Sequence record: NC_061443.1
Length of the DNA: 64,000 nt
Direction: 5' to 3' (one strand)
Shown here: piece by piece, positions 55,514-64,000 of the stretch
Numbering within the stretch: the stretch's first letter is position 1
Layout of the letters: the number at the start of each line of letters is the position of its first letter
Made by a program: the position numbers and the translations under genes
The notes under the pieces: model-generated
Database searches by the model: none
Told to the model about the DNA's origin: nothing
The model's input: only the letters and a program-made list of their open reading frames with translations

Positions 55514-57541
55514 ATGGCCAAAGCGCCGAAAGCTGCCAAAGTAAAAAAGAACACGGGTGATGGTTCCCAAGAAGGGTTCGTCATCGCGGAAGGACTTGAC
55601 GGTATTCGTCTTAATCCAGGGATGTACATGGGGGAACGCGGTGCCGATATGGCATACCGTGGTGTGAAAGAACCTGTCGATAACGTCTATGACGAATTGA
55701 TGGCAGGTCGCACCAAAGTTCTGGAGGTCGTAATCGACTACGACAAAGACCTGAACATCGTTGCCGATATGGCGAAAGGTATTCCGACCGACTTCAAGAA
55801 ATTGAAAGATGGCTCGAAAGAAACGATCATGACCGCAGCATTCAGTCGTGCTCACGCAGGTGGCAAGTTCAATGATCAGGCATACAAGACCTCTGCCGGT
55901 ACTCACGGCGTAGGCGTAGCGGCACTGAACGCAATCTCAAGCCAGCTTCGTGTGTGGTCAATGTACAAAGGCGGCTGCGCATACCAGATGTGGGAATGCG
56001 GCGTAGCGAAGTCAGGCAAGGACCCGAAGCAAGTCAAAGCCGTAGACAAAGATGTCATGAGCGCCTTGCGTGAGAAGAAGCATAGCAAGTACGGTACGAT
56101 TGTCGCGTGGACACTCGACCAGACTGTTGTGTCTGCTGACGTACAGCGCGGTAAGAAGCTGCCTAAGAACTTCCGTCACGCATCACCTGACCCGAAACGC
56201 ATCGGCGAGTGGTTGCGCAACATGTCTCTGCTTAACCCAGGCTTCGAGATTCGCCTGACGTTGATTAGAAAGGGCAAGCGCAAAGAGTTCACGTTCCACA
56301 ACAAGAAAGACCTCGCGTTTATCGTGAAGACGATGGTAGAAGAACGTGAGTTAGAACTTGTCGGTAAGCCGTTCACGTTCCAGCATGAGAACATCACGGC
56401 AGCACTCGCATGGACAGATCATGCAGACACTGACAACTTCTTGTCATTCGTTAACACCAGCCCTACAGTTGACGGCGGCTGGCACGTTGTTGGTTTCCGT
56501 GACGCGCTGTTCGATGCCATCAAACCTTTCATGAAAGAGCCGAAAGGTAAAGGCAAGAAGAAACAGGGCTTCAAACAGGAAGACTTGCTTATCGGCCTGA
56601 CGGGTATGTTCGACTGGCGTATGCACGGTGCTCAGTATACGTCACAGGTTAAAGACAAGCTGGCGAGTCGTGTTGAAAAAGAAGTGTACGAGCTGCTGAA
56701 AGACCAGCTTGTGAAATACTTCAAGGACAACAAGAAGGTCGCAACGACGATCATCAAACGTGCCGAAGCGATGAACAAGGGACGTGAAGAACTGTCCGCT
56801 GTCGTTAAGTCTATGGCGGACACGAAGAAGAAGCTGAAAGGCAACTCGCTTCCTGCTGACCTGATCTCTGCGCTCAAGTGTAAGCCTCATGAACGTGAGC
56901 TGGTTGTTGTAGAAGGTGACTCTGCTGGCGGTACTGCGAAACATGCGCGTAACCCTGATCATCAGGAAGTCATGCTCGCTGGCGGTAAACCTCTGAACGG
57001 TCTGAAAGCCTCACTGGCAGATGTGCTCAAGCATAAAGAAGTGCAGGGCATGTTAGTCTCTGTTGGTGCTGACCTGAAATCGCTTGACCCGAAAGCTGAA
57101 AACCCAACGTTGAGCACGAAGAACCTGCGCATCGGTAACTTACTTTTCCTGATGGATGCTGACCCAGACGGCTTCCACATTGCAACGTTGTTCCTCGGTG
57201 TAATCTATCGTCTGCTGCCTGACTTGATGAAAGAAGGGCGTGTGTGGATCGTCGATGCACCTCTGTATAACGTGATGCACAAGGGCAGCCACTATGGCGG
57301 CATGACGTTCGAAGAATGTCGAGACAAAGCACCTTCTGCTGTAAAAGACAAAGAGATTGTACGCGCTAAAGGTTGGGGTGAAGTTGAGCCTGACGTGCTT
57401 GAAGCTATCGCGTTCAATCCGAAGACTCGCCGCTTGATTCGTGTTAACCCGTTCGTTAGCGTAGAGCAAGAGCGTTTCTTCCGTGGTGTTGTGGCAGAAG
57501 ATGCCGTGCATCGTCGTCGTCTGCTGGGGCTGGAGGATTAA
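55514..57541 (+). CDS. gyrB: Type IIA DNA topoisomerase subunit B (GyrB/ParE-like)
   Basis: EGLDGIRLNPGMYMG, EPVDN, HAGGKF, GTHGVG (GHKL ATPase); VEGDSAGG, DADPDGFHI (TOPRIM). Confidence 0.95.
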   Translation: MAKAPKAAKVKKNTGDGSQEGFVIAEGLDGIRLNPGMYMGERGADMAYRGVKEPVDNVYDELMAGRTKVLEVVIDYDKDLNIVADMAKGIPTDFKKLKDGSKETIMTAAFSRAHAGGKFNDQAYKTSAGTHGVGVAALNAISSQLRVWSMYKGGCAYQMWECGVAKSGKDPKQVKAVDKDVMSALREKKHSKYGTIVAWTLDQTVVSADVQRGKKLPKNFRHASPDPKRIGEWLRNMSLLNPGFEIRLTLIRKGKRKEFTFHNKKDLAFIVKTMVEERELELVGKPFTFQHENITAALAWTDHADTDNFLSFVNTSPTVDGGWHVVGFRDALFDAIKPFMKEPKGKGKKKQGFKQEDLLIGLTGMFDWRMHGAQYTSQVKDKLASRVEKEVYELLKDQLVKYFKDNKKVATTIIKRAEAMNKGREELSAVVKSMADTKKKLKGNSLPADLISALKCKPHERELVVVEGDSAGGTAKHARNPDHQEVMLAGGKPLNGLKASLADVLKHKEVQGMLVSVGADLKSLDPKAENPTLSTKNLRIGNLLFLMDADPDGFHIATLFLGVIYRLLPDLMKEGRVWIVDAPLYNVMHKGSHYGGMTFEECRDKAPSAVKDKEIVRAKGWGEVEPDVLEAIAFNPKTRRLIRVNPFVSVEQERFFRGVVAEDAVHRRRLLGLED

Positions 57542-57543
57542 TC

Positions 57544-57798
57544 ATGTTCAACGTTTCAAACATACCTGACGGCACGATGGTACGTTTTCTCGATATGCCT
57601 GCTGTGCAATATCCACCGCTGACTGACGAACAACGCGATCAGTGTGAAGCACTCATGGTCAAAGCGCGTGAACTGACGAAGGACGTTAGTGTGTCTGGGT
57701 TCACTATCGTTGACGGCAAACTGAATGAGCGTGTGCAGATTCAAATGCGCCGCACAACTCTCGATAAGATTAATGCGATTGCCAAAGGAGAACAGTAA
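57544..57798 (+). CDS. small hypothetical protein between topoisomerase subunits
   Basis: GGAGG RBS; coupled to both neighbours. Confidence 0.7.
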   Translation: MFNVSNIPDGTMVRFLDMPAVQYPPLTDEQRDQCEALMVKARELTKDVSVSGFTIVDGKLNERVQIQMRRTTLDKINAIAKGEQ

Positions 57799-59462
57799 TG
57801 GCAATTACGCCGAAGAAAGTGAAAGTCAAAAAGGTTAAGCCTACAGCGACTGCCGTTGCGAAGACAGCTAAGCCTGCAAAGCTCAAGTCGAAAGCTGTGT
57901 CAGTTGACGACATTAAGAAGAAGAAAAAGAAAAGCACGGACGTGTCTGCGCATGTGCCTGTCGGTACGTCACTCTATCCGATGCTCGGTCAAGACGAGTC
58001 TCTGATTCGTGACGAGAACCTTGCGGACTATACGCGACGTGCTCTCTTCCAGTATGGCTCATACGTTGTTGAAGACCGTGCTATCGCTGACTATCGTGAC
58101 GGCCTCAAGCCTGTGCACCGTGCGTTACTCTGGTCGCTGTCTGACTTGGGCTTACGTCCGGGCGGCGCGTTCAAGAAAGCTGCGCGTACTGTTGGTGATG
58201 CGTTAGGTAAGTATCACCCACACGGCGATGCTGCTTGTTACGGTGCGATGGTAACGATTGCAAATACAGTGCCTCCTGCTGTATCTGGTCAGGGTAACTG
58301 GGGCGACCCAGTAGCGCCCGCCGCTGCGATGCGTTACACCGAAGCGAAAATGAGTAAGTTTGCTGGCGCGTTCTTGCTCGACCCTGACTATCTCGAAGTC
58401 ACGCCGATGGTAGACAACTTCTCGAACGACATGAAGCTGCCTCTTTATCTGCCTGCGCTGCTTCCGTACATGTTGTTCAACGGCTCTGTGCCAGCTCCTG
58501 CGTATGGCGTTAAGTGCGGTAACCCGTCGTTCAGCTTTACGTCTGTCGCCAAAGTCGTGTGTGACATGCTTAACGGCAAAGAGTACGACGCGAAGAAACT
58601 CGCCAAGACTCTTGAAATCAACCACGAGTATGGCTGTCTCGATGCAAGCTCTGACGCTGACTATCTCGCATTGCTTGAGACCGGTCGCGGTAAAGTCACA
58701 TACGAACCTCAGATGAAGGTTGACGAGAAGACCAAGACCATCACTGTGCAGACGTATGTGCCTGGCGGTATGTCGAACAACGCGGCTATCACGAAGAAGC
58801 TGGAGAAGATTGCAGAGTGGCAGGGCGTTGTCTCTGCATCGAACGCAAGCTCGAAGAAGAACAAAGACGCAGGCCCGTGGGGCGCAGCGTTTGCTATTCG
58901 TTGTCGTGGTAGCGAAGACCTGCTGTATGAAACTGCTGAACGTGTTCGTAAGGAAATCACAAGCGCGATCAACTACTCGCTGGGTGTGACCGTCCGCCGC
59001 GCTGATGCGTCAAACAAGTTCATGTACCTGAGCTACGTGAAGTATTTCAAAGCGTGGATTGCGTATCGCGTGAAGCTGGAAACGGCGATGCTCACGAACA
59101 AGAAGGCGAAAGCAGAGAAAGCCCTTCATCTGCAAGAAGTCTTCTTGTGGGCAGTTGACAACATGAAAACTCTGTTGGCTGCATTGCCGAAAGCTCTGAC
59201 CGCAGAAGACCCAGACAAGACGCTGGCGAAGCTGTGTAAGATTCCTCAAGAAGATGCGAAAATCATCCTCGACCGTCAAGTGCGTAAACTGGCTAAACTG
59301 GAACGTGCCGGGCTGGTGGCTAAGATCAAAGAAATCAAAGCCGAGATTGCAGAGTACAAAGCCGGTCTGAAAGAACCAGGCAAGTATGCTGCGGCAGGCA
59401 CTGCTGCGAAAGTCAAAGCGTATATTAAATCGCCTGACGATAAGATGCCTGTCGGTCTGTAA
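57798..59462 (+). CDS. gyrA: Type IIA DNA topoisomerase subunit A (GyrA/ParC-like), lacking C-terminal pinwheel, with Lys-rich N-tail
   Basis: DGLKPVHR, GKYHPHGD, GQGNWG, AAAMRYTE (catalytic Tyr); only 554 aa. Confidence 0.95.
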   Translation: MAITPKKVKVKKVKPTATAVAKTAKPAKLKSKAVSVDDIKKKKKKSTDVSAHVPVGTSLYPMLGQDESLIRDENLADYTRRALFQYGSYVVEDRAIADYRDGLKPVHRALLWSLSDLGLRPGGAFKKAARTVGDALGKYHPHGDAACYGAMVTIANTVPPAVSGQGNWGDPVAPAAAMRYTEAKMSKFAGAFLLDPDYLEVTPMVDNFSNDMKLPLYLPALLPYMLFNGSVPAPAYGVKCGNPSFSFTSVAKVVCDMLNGKEYDAKKLAKTLEINHEYGCLDASSDADYLALLETGRGKVTYEPQMKVDEKTKTITVQTYVPGGMSNNAAITKKLEKIAEWQGVVSASNASSKKNKDAGPWGAAFAIRCRGSEDLLYETAERVRKEITSAINYSLGVTVRRADASNKFMYLSYVKYFKAWIAYRVKLETAMLTNKKAKAEKALHLQEVFLWAVDNMKTLLAALPKALTAEDPDKTLAKLCKIPQEDAKIILDRQVRKLAKLERAGLVAKIKEIKAEIAEYKAGLKEPGKYAAAGTAAKVKAYIKSPDDKMPVGL

Positions 59463-59477
59463 TAAATCTGTAAATAC

Positions 59478-59535
59478 AACTCAGCATATTCTAGGATGAA
59501 ACGCGGTTGTATCTGTATGTCACTTGTGTTACAAT
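59478..59535 (+). promoter_or_regulatory. Class-1 phage promoter
   Basis: AACTCAGCATATTCTAGGATGAAA, -35 TTGTAT, 17 nt, TGtTACAAT. Confidence 0.8.
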
Positions 59536-59541
59536 GACGTG

Positions 59542-59800
59542 TTGATACTTGTGTCGAATAGCGCTATCTGTTGGGAGATAGGTAGCGCTACTCTTAACCA
59601 CAAACAGGAGGGTAGCCTCAAGCAGCAATTCTTCACTCTGTCAAAACAAACCGAGCCCAAAGGGCCAATGCCATAGCAACCGCGAAGGCAAACACTATTA
59701 ATCGACCCACGTAATGCTAATATGATATTGTATCGGCATTCGAAGTGTCGCTAGGACCGGCCGGATATGGTCCTCAACTCTTAATGTAGTTTGGAATCCT
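59542..59800 (+). ncRNA. candidate long structured leader or sRNA
   Basis: About 260 nt with no credible CDS after a promoter; stems 59559-59590, 59713-59740, 59754-59773. Confidence 0.4.
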
Positions 59801-59805
59801 CATAA

Positions 59806-61074
59806 ATGAAAAATCAGGTAAACAACCTCAAAGCTGGTTTAGAGAAGGTCAACTCAGTATTGTCCTCTCTGCGTTCAGGTAAGAACTTGAAACGCCAGCA
59901 TGTTGTTGATTCATTGGGTCAGCCAACCTCAGTTTTAGCTGATCTCACGAAGGCATTAAAGAGTAATACCTACAAGTCATACCCCGATGTTATACAGTTG
60001 CGTGACTCTGTTCGTGCAACCTGTACCTCCTGCCTCAGCCTGTCAGAGCAAGTGGCCGCTCGTCGTATCAAGCCACGTGAACTGATGGAAAAGCTTGGAG
60101 AAATTGTGAAGTCGTTTGATGCCGATGCTAAGTTGGCGAAGTCGTGCTTGGGTTACCTGCCTGAGTCGCGCAAAACTTTGAGTCTCGACGATCTCCCTGA
60201 AGACAGCAAAGAGCGCTTAGAAGCTCTGAAAGCTATCGACAAGGAAACCTACGAGAACGAAGCGAACGACAAAGCTATACGCCGTGAGCAACGCGAAGAC
60301 GCAGCGACTGCCAAAACAAGTCGTGTGTTGCAGCGCCTCAAGGATGCGTATTCTCACAAGGTCCCGAGAACGTTCAACAAAGCTATTCAAATAATCCAAC
60401 TTCCTGTGATGGCCCGATTTGGTACACTCGCCATGAGTCCCGAGTCGCTCTCGCGCATGGGCTTCAAAATCGAAACTGCTGGTCTGCACTCAACCCCTAG
60501 TTCAGACTTAGGTATCGTCTTTGAAAACCAACTCCTGCTGTTCTTTCGTATGTCCGACGCGAAAGGCATGGCAGAAGAAGCTGCGAAAGATCACAAGATG
60601 CTTGATGGAACCCTCGTCGAACGCAAACGCCTCCAGAAAGAACGCAACGCAGAACGCCGCGATATCAAGAAGCTGAATAAGCTCCTTGACGAATCGAAGT
60701 CTCTCAAGGCTCGTCGTGCTTTACGCGAACAAATCGCAGAAGCTCAGACAGAGATTGACGACATTACGGCGAAGCTCGAAGCAATGGAGTACAAAGTGCG
60801 TGAGTCAGGTTCCCGCGAGCGCGTGTATCGTCAGATGAAAACATCTAGCGACCATGCGATGCTGGATTATCTTAACCCCATTGTCGATATGATTAACGAG
60901 AAGGGTAGCTCCACGTTAGGTCTGTTTACTACCATGCCGTTACGCGGCGTGATGAAGGATTCAGACGTGCATTGTGCTTGGCTTATGGAAAAATCAGCTA
61001 TCAACCTCTTGTTGCGCCACACAGGCGGAGACATGAAGTTGCAGAACTGGTTCCTGCCGTGGACTAATGGCTAA
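59806..61074 (+). CDS. hypothetical coiled-coil protein
   Basis: 422 aa; long charged helical segments. Confidence 0.85.
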   Translation: MKNQVNNLKAGLEKVNSVLSSLRSGKNLKRQHVVDSLGQPTSVLADLTKALKSNTYKSYPDVIQLRDSVRATCTSCLSLSEQVAARRIKPRELMEKLGEIVKSFDADAKLAKSCLGYLPESRKTLSLDDLPEDSKERLEALKAIDKETYENEANDKAIRREQREDAATAKTSRVLQRLKDAYSHKVPRTFNKAIQIIQLPVMARFGTLAMSPESLSRMGFKIETAGLHSTPSSDLGIVFENQLLLFFRMSDAKGMAEEAAKDHKMLDGTLVERKRLQKERNAERRDIKKLNKLLDESKSLKARRALREQIAEAQTEIDDITAKLEAMEYKVRESGSRERVYRQMKTSSDHAMLDYLNPIVDMINEKGSSTLGLFTTMPLRGVMKDSDVHCAWLMEKSAINLLLRHTGGDMKLQNWFLPWTNG

Positions 61075-61606
61075 CGAGAACCGTTTACCAGCGGTACAGA
61101 AAGGTGAGTTGTCGCAGTGTATCATCTGCCAGAAGTTCAGTAGATCGATTCACTATCATCACACCATTCCCCGCTCACTGGGTGGCGAAGACAGTCTTCA
61201 AATCCCTATAGACGGTGACTGCCACACAACGCTTCACGCAAAAGCAGAAGCAGTGGTAGCGAAGTTAGCAGGAAACCGTAAGCAACCAATCGGGACGTTT
61301 TGGGATAACCCTGAGACAGAACGACGAGCACAAACGTGGCTAGACATTCTGGTTGATGCTATGCTTAACCCACCGGTGCAGCCCGGACAGAAAGAAGTGC
61401 TGCTACCGATGATCAAGGTTAACATGGAAACCAGACATGCTCTCGAACTCTTGAAGCGCGACACGCCTGGCATTACTAATATGAGCCAAGTGTTGCGGTA
61501 TTGTATTGAGACAACATTAAAAGCGAAGGGGTTAAAAAATGGCGAATCAAAAAGTACGCACTCTGGACATCAAAGCACTCGTAAAAAACGAACTGACCTG
61601 TGGTGA
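61067..61606 (+). CDS. HNH endonuclease domain fused to C-terminal RHH-like domain
   Basis: CIICQ..HYHHTIPRSLGGED..DGDCHTTLH; C-terminal MIKVNMETRHALELLKR..TNMSQVLRYCIE. Confidence 0.75.
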   Translation: MANENRLPAVQKGELSQCIICQKFSRSIHYHHTIPRSLGGEDSLQIPIDGDCHTTLHAKAEAVVAKLAGNRKQPIGTFWDNPETERRAQTWLDILVDAMLNPPVQPGQKEVLLPMIKVNMETRHALELLKRDTPGITNMSQVLRYCIETTLKAKGLKNGESKSTHSGHQSTRKKRTDLW

Positions 61607-62405
61607 TTGCCGCGGTCTGACCCGTGATGCTCTTTTACCGACTGCTGAGAAACCGTGTGCTACGCAAGGTCAGTTAGCTGATTCTAAGATCTGCAAACAC
61701 TATCGCTCTGACAGCCAATCGCTGACAGACTTGATGACCGAGCATGGTGATTCACTTGTTGGGCTTTTCAATACGTTCAAAAACTTCTCTGACAAAGACC
61801 TGCGTGTTGTCGCTGGTATGTTGTTGGCTGAATCGAAGACACGCCGTCATGGTGTGCGCATGGGGCAAGCAGTATTCGTGCGCTATCAAGGGCGTGAGAC
61901 ACGCAACTACCTGAACAACTTCATGGCAGCGCGTGTGCTGGATGTAGACGACGAAACGATCCGCCTGATCAGTGAGAAAGGTGATATCGTTCTGACGTAT
62001 GCGAACACAGGCTTCAACGGTCCGTCCGTATATACTAAGAAGCAATTTGCTAAACTGCGTAAAGAGATGATCAGTGCTGGTAAGCTGATTGACCCTGAGC
62101 GCGAGATCAAAACTGCCAAGCGCAGCCTCCCGCAAGAAGACAACGTTAACTTCTCTGCACCTAGTGACCTCGATGGCTTCTCTATTCCTCTGATGGAGGA
62201 TGTGACTAAAGGCCGTGGCGGTAAGCGTAAAGGTAAGAAGACGCAGACGTTGGTTGATATTGTGAGCATGATCGAGAACGGTCATGACATGGGAGCAGAG
62301 CAAGACGAGTCTGGCGTAATGTCACTCGGCGGCAATAGCTATCGCCACAAGAAAAAGAAAATCAGCGTCGGTAAGAACGGCGTGGTTGAACTGGGCGATA
62401 TGTAA
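61539..62405 (+). CDS. hypothetical protein with N-terminal Cys4 cluster
   Basis: CGDC..PC..IC; AAGGGG RBS. Confidence 0.8.
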   Translation: MANQKVRTLDIKALVKNELTCGDCRGLTRDALLPTAEKPCATQGQLADSKICKHYRSDSQSLTDLMTEHGDSLVGLFNTFKNFSDKDLRVVAGMLLAESKTRRHGVRMGQAVFVRYQGRETRNYLNNFMAARVLDVDDETIRLISEKGDIVLTYANTGFNGPSVYTKKQFAKLRKEMISAGKLIDPEREIKTAKRSLPQEDNVNFSAPSDLDGFSIPLMEDVTKGRGGKRKGKKTQTLVDIVSMIENGHDMGAEQDESGVMSLGGNSYRHKKKKISVGKNGVVELGDM

Positions 62406-62460
62406 GTTAAGGTCTACACAGCAAATTCACTTCTAACAATACGAATAGGATCTCGGAAAA

Positions 62461-63603
62461 ATGATCACAACAGAAGAATCAGGCCTTAACGAATATCTTT
62501 CACGCCGTCTGGGTATTGAGGAAGACTCAGAGGAATTCCGTCAAGTATACGCTGCAACGATTCGGTATATCGGCAGTGGGTATAAATCTATCGCGGATTA
62601 TCACCGCGACTTGCAAGCAGCAATTGATTTTAAGCAGTTCGAATTTACTGCTCCTGACTTGCGCATTGATATTTCTTCCGTGTGTCGCTTCACGTTGAAG
62701 ATGCGTTTCTTCGTGTTGGCTGTTTGCTTACACAAAGACCCAGTAGCAACCGTTAAAAAATATGCGCAGTATGGCCTGTCGAAACGCGAAGCTGTTCTCG
62801 CTTGGAATCTGATTCTCAAGCACGATGATCAGCGTAGCAAGATGCGCCGTACTGCAAAAGCGCGAGCGAAGTCTAAAGGCGGACTGGATATCACTATGGT
62901 GTCCAGCCGTGAACTCCGCTTGCGTCTTGATCAAACAACAAGTCTGTTTGGTGAATTGCATCGCAGCGCCAAACGCTTGTGCCGTAAGAATCTGCAATGG
63001 GTGTCAGTCAGTCATAATATTCCAATGGCTGATCTGACTTGCGATATCATGTGCAAGGTGTTGTTGTCGTACTATCAATCCTTGCCTAACCGTTTCAGCG
63101 AGGGCCACCAGCTCAACTATCTTCGTGCATCACTGACGAACCGCATTAACAACATGAACAACTACTACGGTGCTGAGAAGCGCAAGCGTATGAAGAAGGT
63201 CGGCGAAGACAAGTATGAGATTGTGGTTATGTCTGACAATCAGATGTGGCACAATCCAGACGACGATAGCTCCAACTCATACGAAGACATGTTGGGTGAG
63301 GATGCTCGTGTGCATACCGAGCAGATGGAAAACAATCTGACTATCAATCGTCTTCTGGAGGAAGCCGAGGGTACGAAGCGCCACAAACTGTATCAGACTG
63401 TTCTCGGCCGAGACTGTGCCGAGTTCACTGAATATCTGCGTGAGAACGGAATGCTCAAACAGACCATGACGTGCGCCACTCAGTGGATCATGGCGAAGCC
63501 TACGAAGTTCATACGCAAGACCTTAGCAAGTTGGTTACAGGTCAGCGTTGATGCTGTCACAGGCGGTCTGGAAACATTACGCGGTTCATTACAGGTAGCA
63601 TGA
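62461..63603 (+). CDS. putative sigma-70/ECF-like transcription factor
   Basis: ELHRSAKRLCRK..DLTCDIMCKVLLSYYQ..NYLRASLTNRINNMNNYYGAEKRKR follows the region-2 pattern. CDS certain, function tentative. Confidence 0.5.
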   Translation: MITTEESGLNEYLSRRLGIEEDSEEFRQVYAATIRYIGSGYKSIADYHRDLQAAIDFKQFEFTAPDLRIDISSVCRFTLKMRFFVLAVCLHKDPVATVKKYAQYGLSKREAVLAWNLILKHDDQRSKMRRTAKARAKSKGGLDITMVSSRELRLRLDQTTSLFGELHRSAKRLCRKNLQWVSVSHNIPMADLTCDIMCKVLLSYYQSLPNRFSEGHQLNYLRASLTNRINNMNNYYGAEKRKRMKKVGEDKYEIVVMSDNQMWHNPDDDSSNSYEDMLGEDARVHTEQMENNLTINRLLEEAEGTKRHKLYQTVLGRDCAEFTEYLRENGMLKQTMTCATQWIMAKPTKFIRKTLASWLQVSVDAVTGGLETLRGSLQVA

Positions 63604-63992
63604 GAGGTCACCATATAGTTATGCAGCAAGCAATCATTAACACTGACGTAGAGCGCTCTGCACTGGCGCTGTTCAGCCGTCCTCAGTTGGATGAGGACTA
63701 TAAGCGTACCGTATTGTATCTCGTGTATAAGACTGTAAATCGTAATGGCATGATGCAAGTCAATCGTCTGATGTTCGAACTCACCCAGAAGTACGCATTG
63801 AACAAAGAAGATGTGAAGTCTGCCATGAGCGCACTAAAGGCTCCGTGTGCATTCGACGCACTCTCTGTATTTGTTCCTCGCGCCGACGAAAAGTTCAAGC
63901 GTGTTGTTCGCACTAAGTCGAACTCCATGATTGATAGCTGGGTGTTAGAGATCGAGCAATCTCGTCCTCACATTACTCGAATGATGCAGTAG
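63600..63992 (+). CDS. hypothetical protein, possibly winged helix (start 63600 or 63621)
   Basis: ATGA overlap with upstream stop; helical pattern. Confidence 0.7.
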   Translation: MRGHHIVMQQAIINTDVERSALALFSRPQLDEDYKRTVLYLVYKTVNRNGMMQVNRLMFELTQKYALNKEDVKSAMSALKAPCAFDALSVFVPRADEKFKRVVRTKSNSMIDSWVLEIEQSRPHITRMMQ

Positions 63993-64000
63993 GGGCATAA

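Noticed and set aside
55514-59462. True DNA gyrase (supercoiling) activity
   Set aside because: A subunit lacks the C-terminal pinwheel and GyrA box; symbols reflect homology only
59542-59800. CsrB-like RNA or c-di-GMP riboswitch
   Set aside because: About five GGA motifs is near chance for this length, and the GGCAAA segment lacks the GEMM two-stem context
1-64000. Stop-codon reassignment (alternative genetic code)
   Set aside because: Conserved genes read through intact in code 11, and TAG ends several genes (e.g. dut at 32487)

Overview
A 64-kb segment of a large lytic (jumbo-type) dsDNA phage genome, about 50% GC, with roughly 95 densely packed genes all on the + strand. Gene content and style recall the ~250-kb Erwinia/Dickeya myophages, but that is an inference, not a database match. 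No tRNA, rRNA, CRISPR array, integrase or IS element is supportable. Recognisable genes: intein-containing RecA/UvsX recombinase (5'-truncated), NADAR-like protein, two GNAT-like proteins, Tpt1/KptA RNA 2'-phosphotransferase, radical SAM enzyme, DksA/TraR zinc finger, UvsE UV endonuclease, dUTPase, lytic transglycosylase, HD phosphohydrolase, type IIA topoisomerase B and A subunits, HNH nuclease and a sigma-like protein. 7.5-41.8 kb is mostly small early-type hypothetical genes. The most unusual part is 42-59.5 kb: a cluster of histone-H1-like basic proteins and very acidic disordered proteins sharing a repeated ~40-aa helix-extension-helix module, with a GNAT-like enzyme and topoisomerase II, suggesting an undescribed phage chromatin/condensate system. 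At nucleic-acid level I see 13 promoters with a conserved upstream element at fixed spacing, at least 12 covarying RBS hairpins with a (G/A)AGG tetraloop, a second TCTGTAAA motif and several structured ncRNA candidates. All protein calls come from motif recognition by eye; no searches were run.
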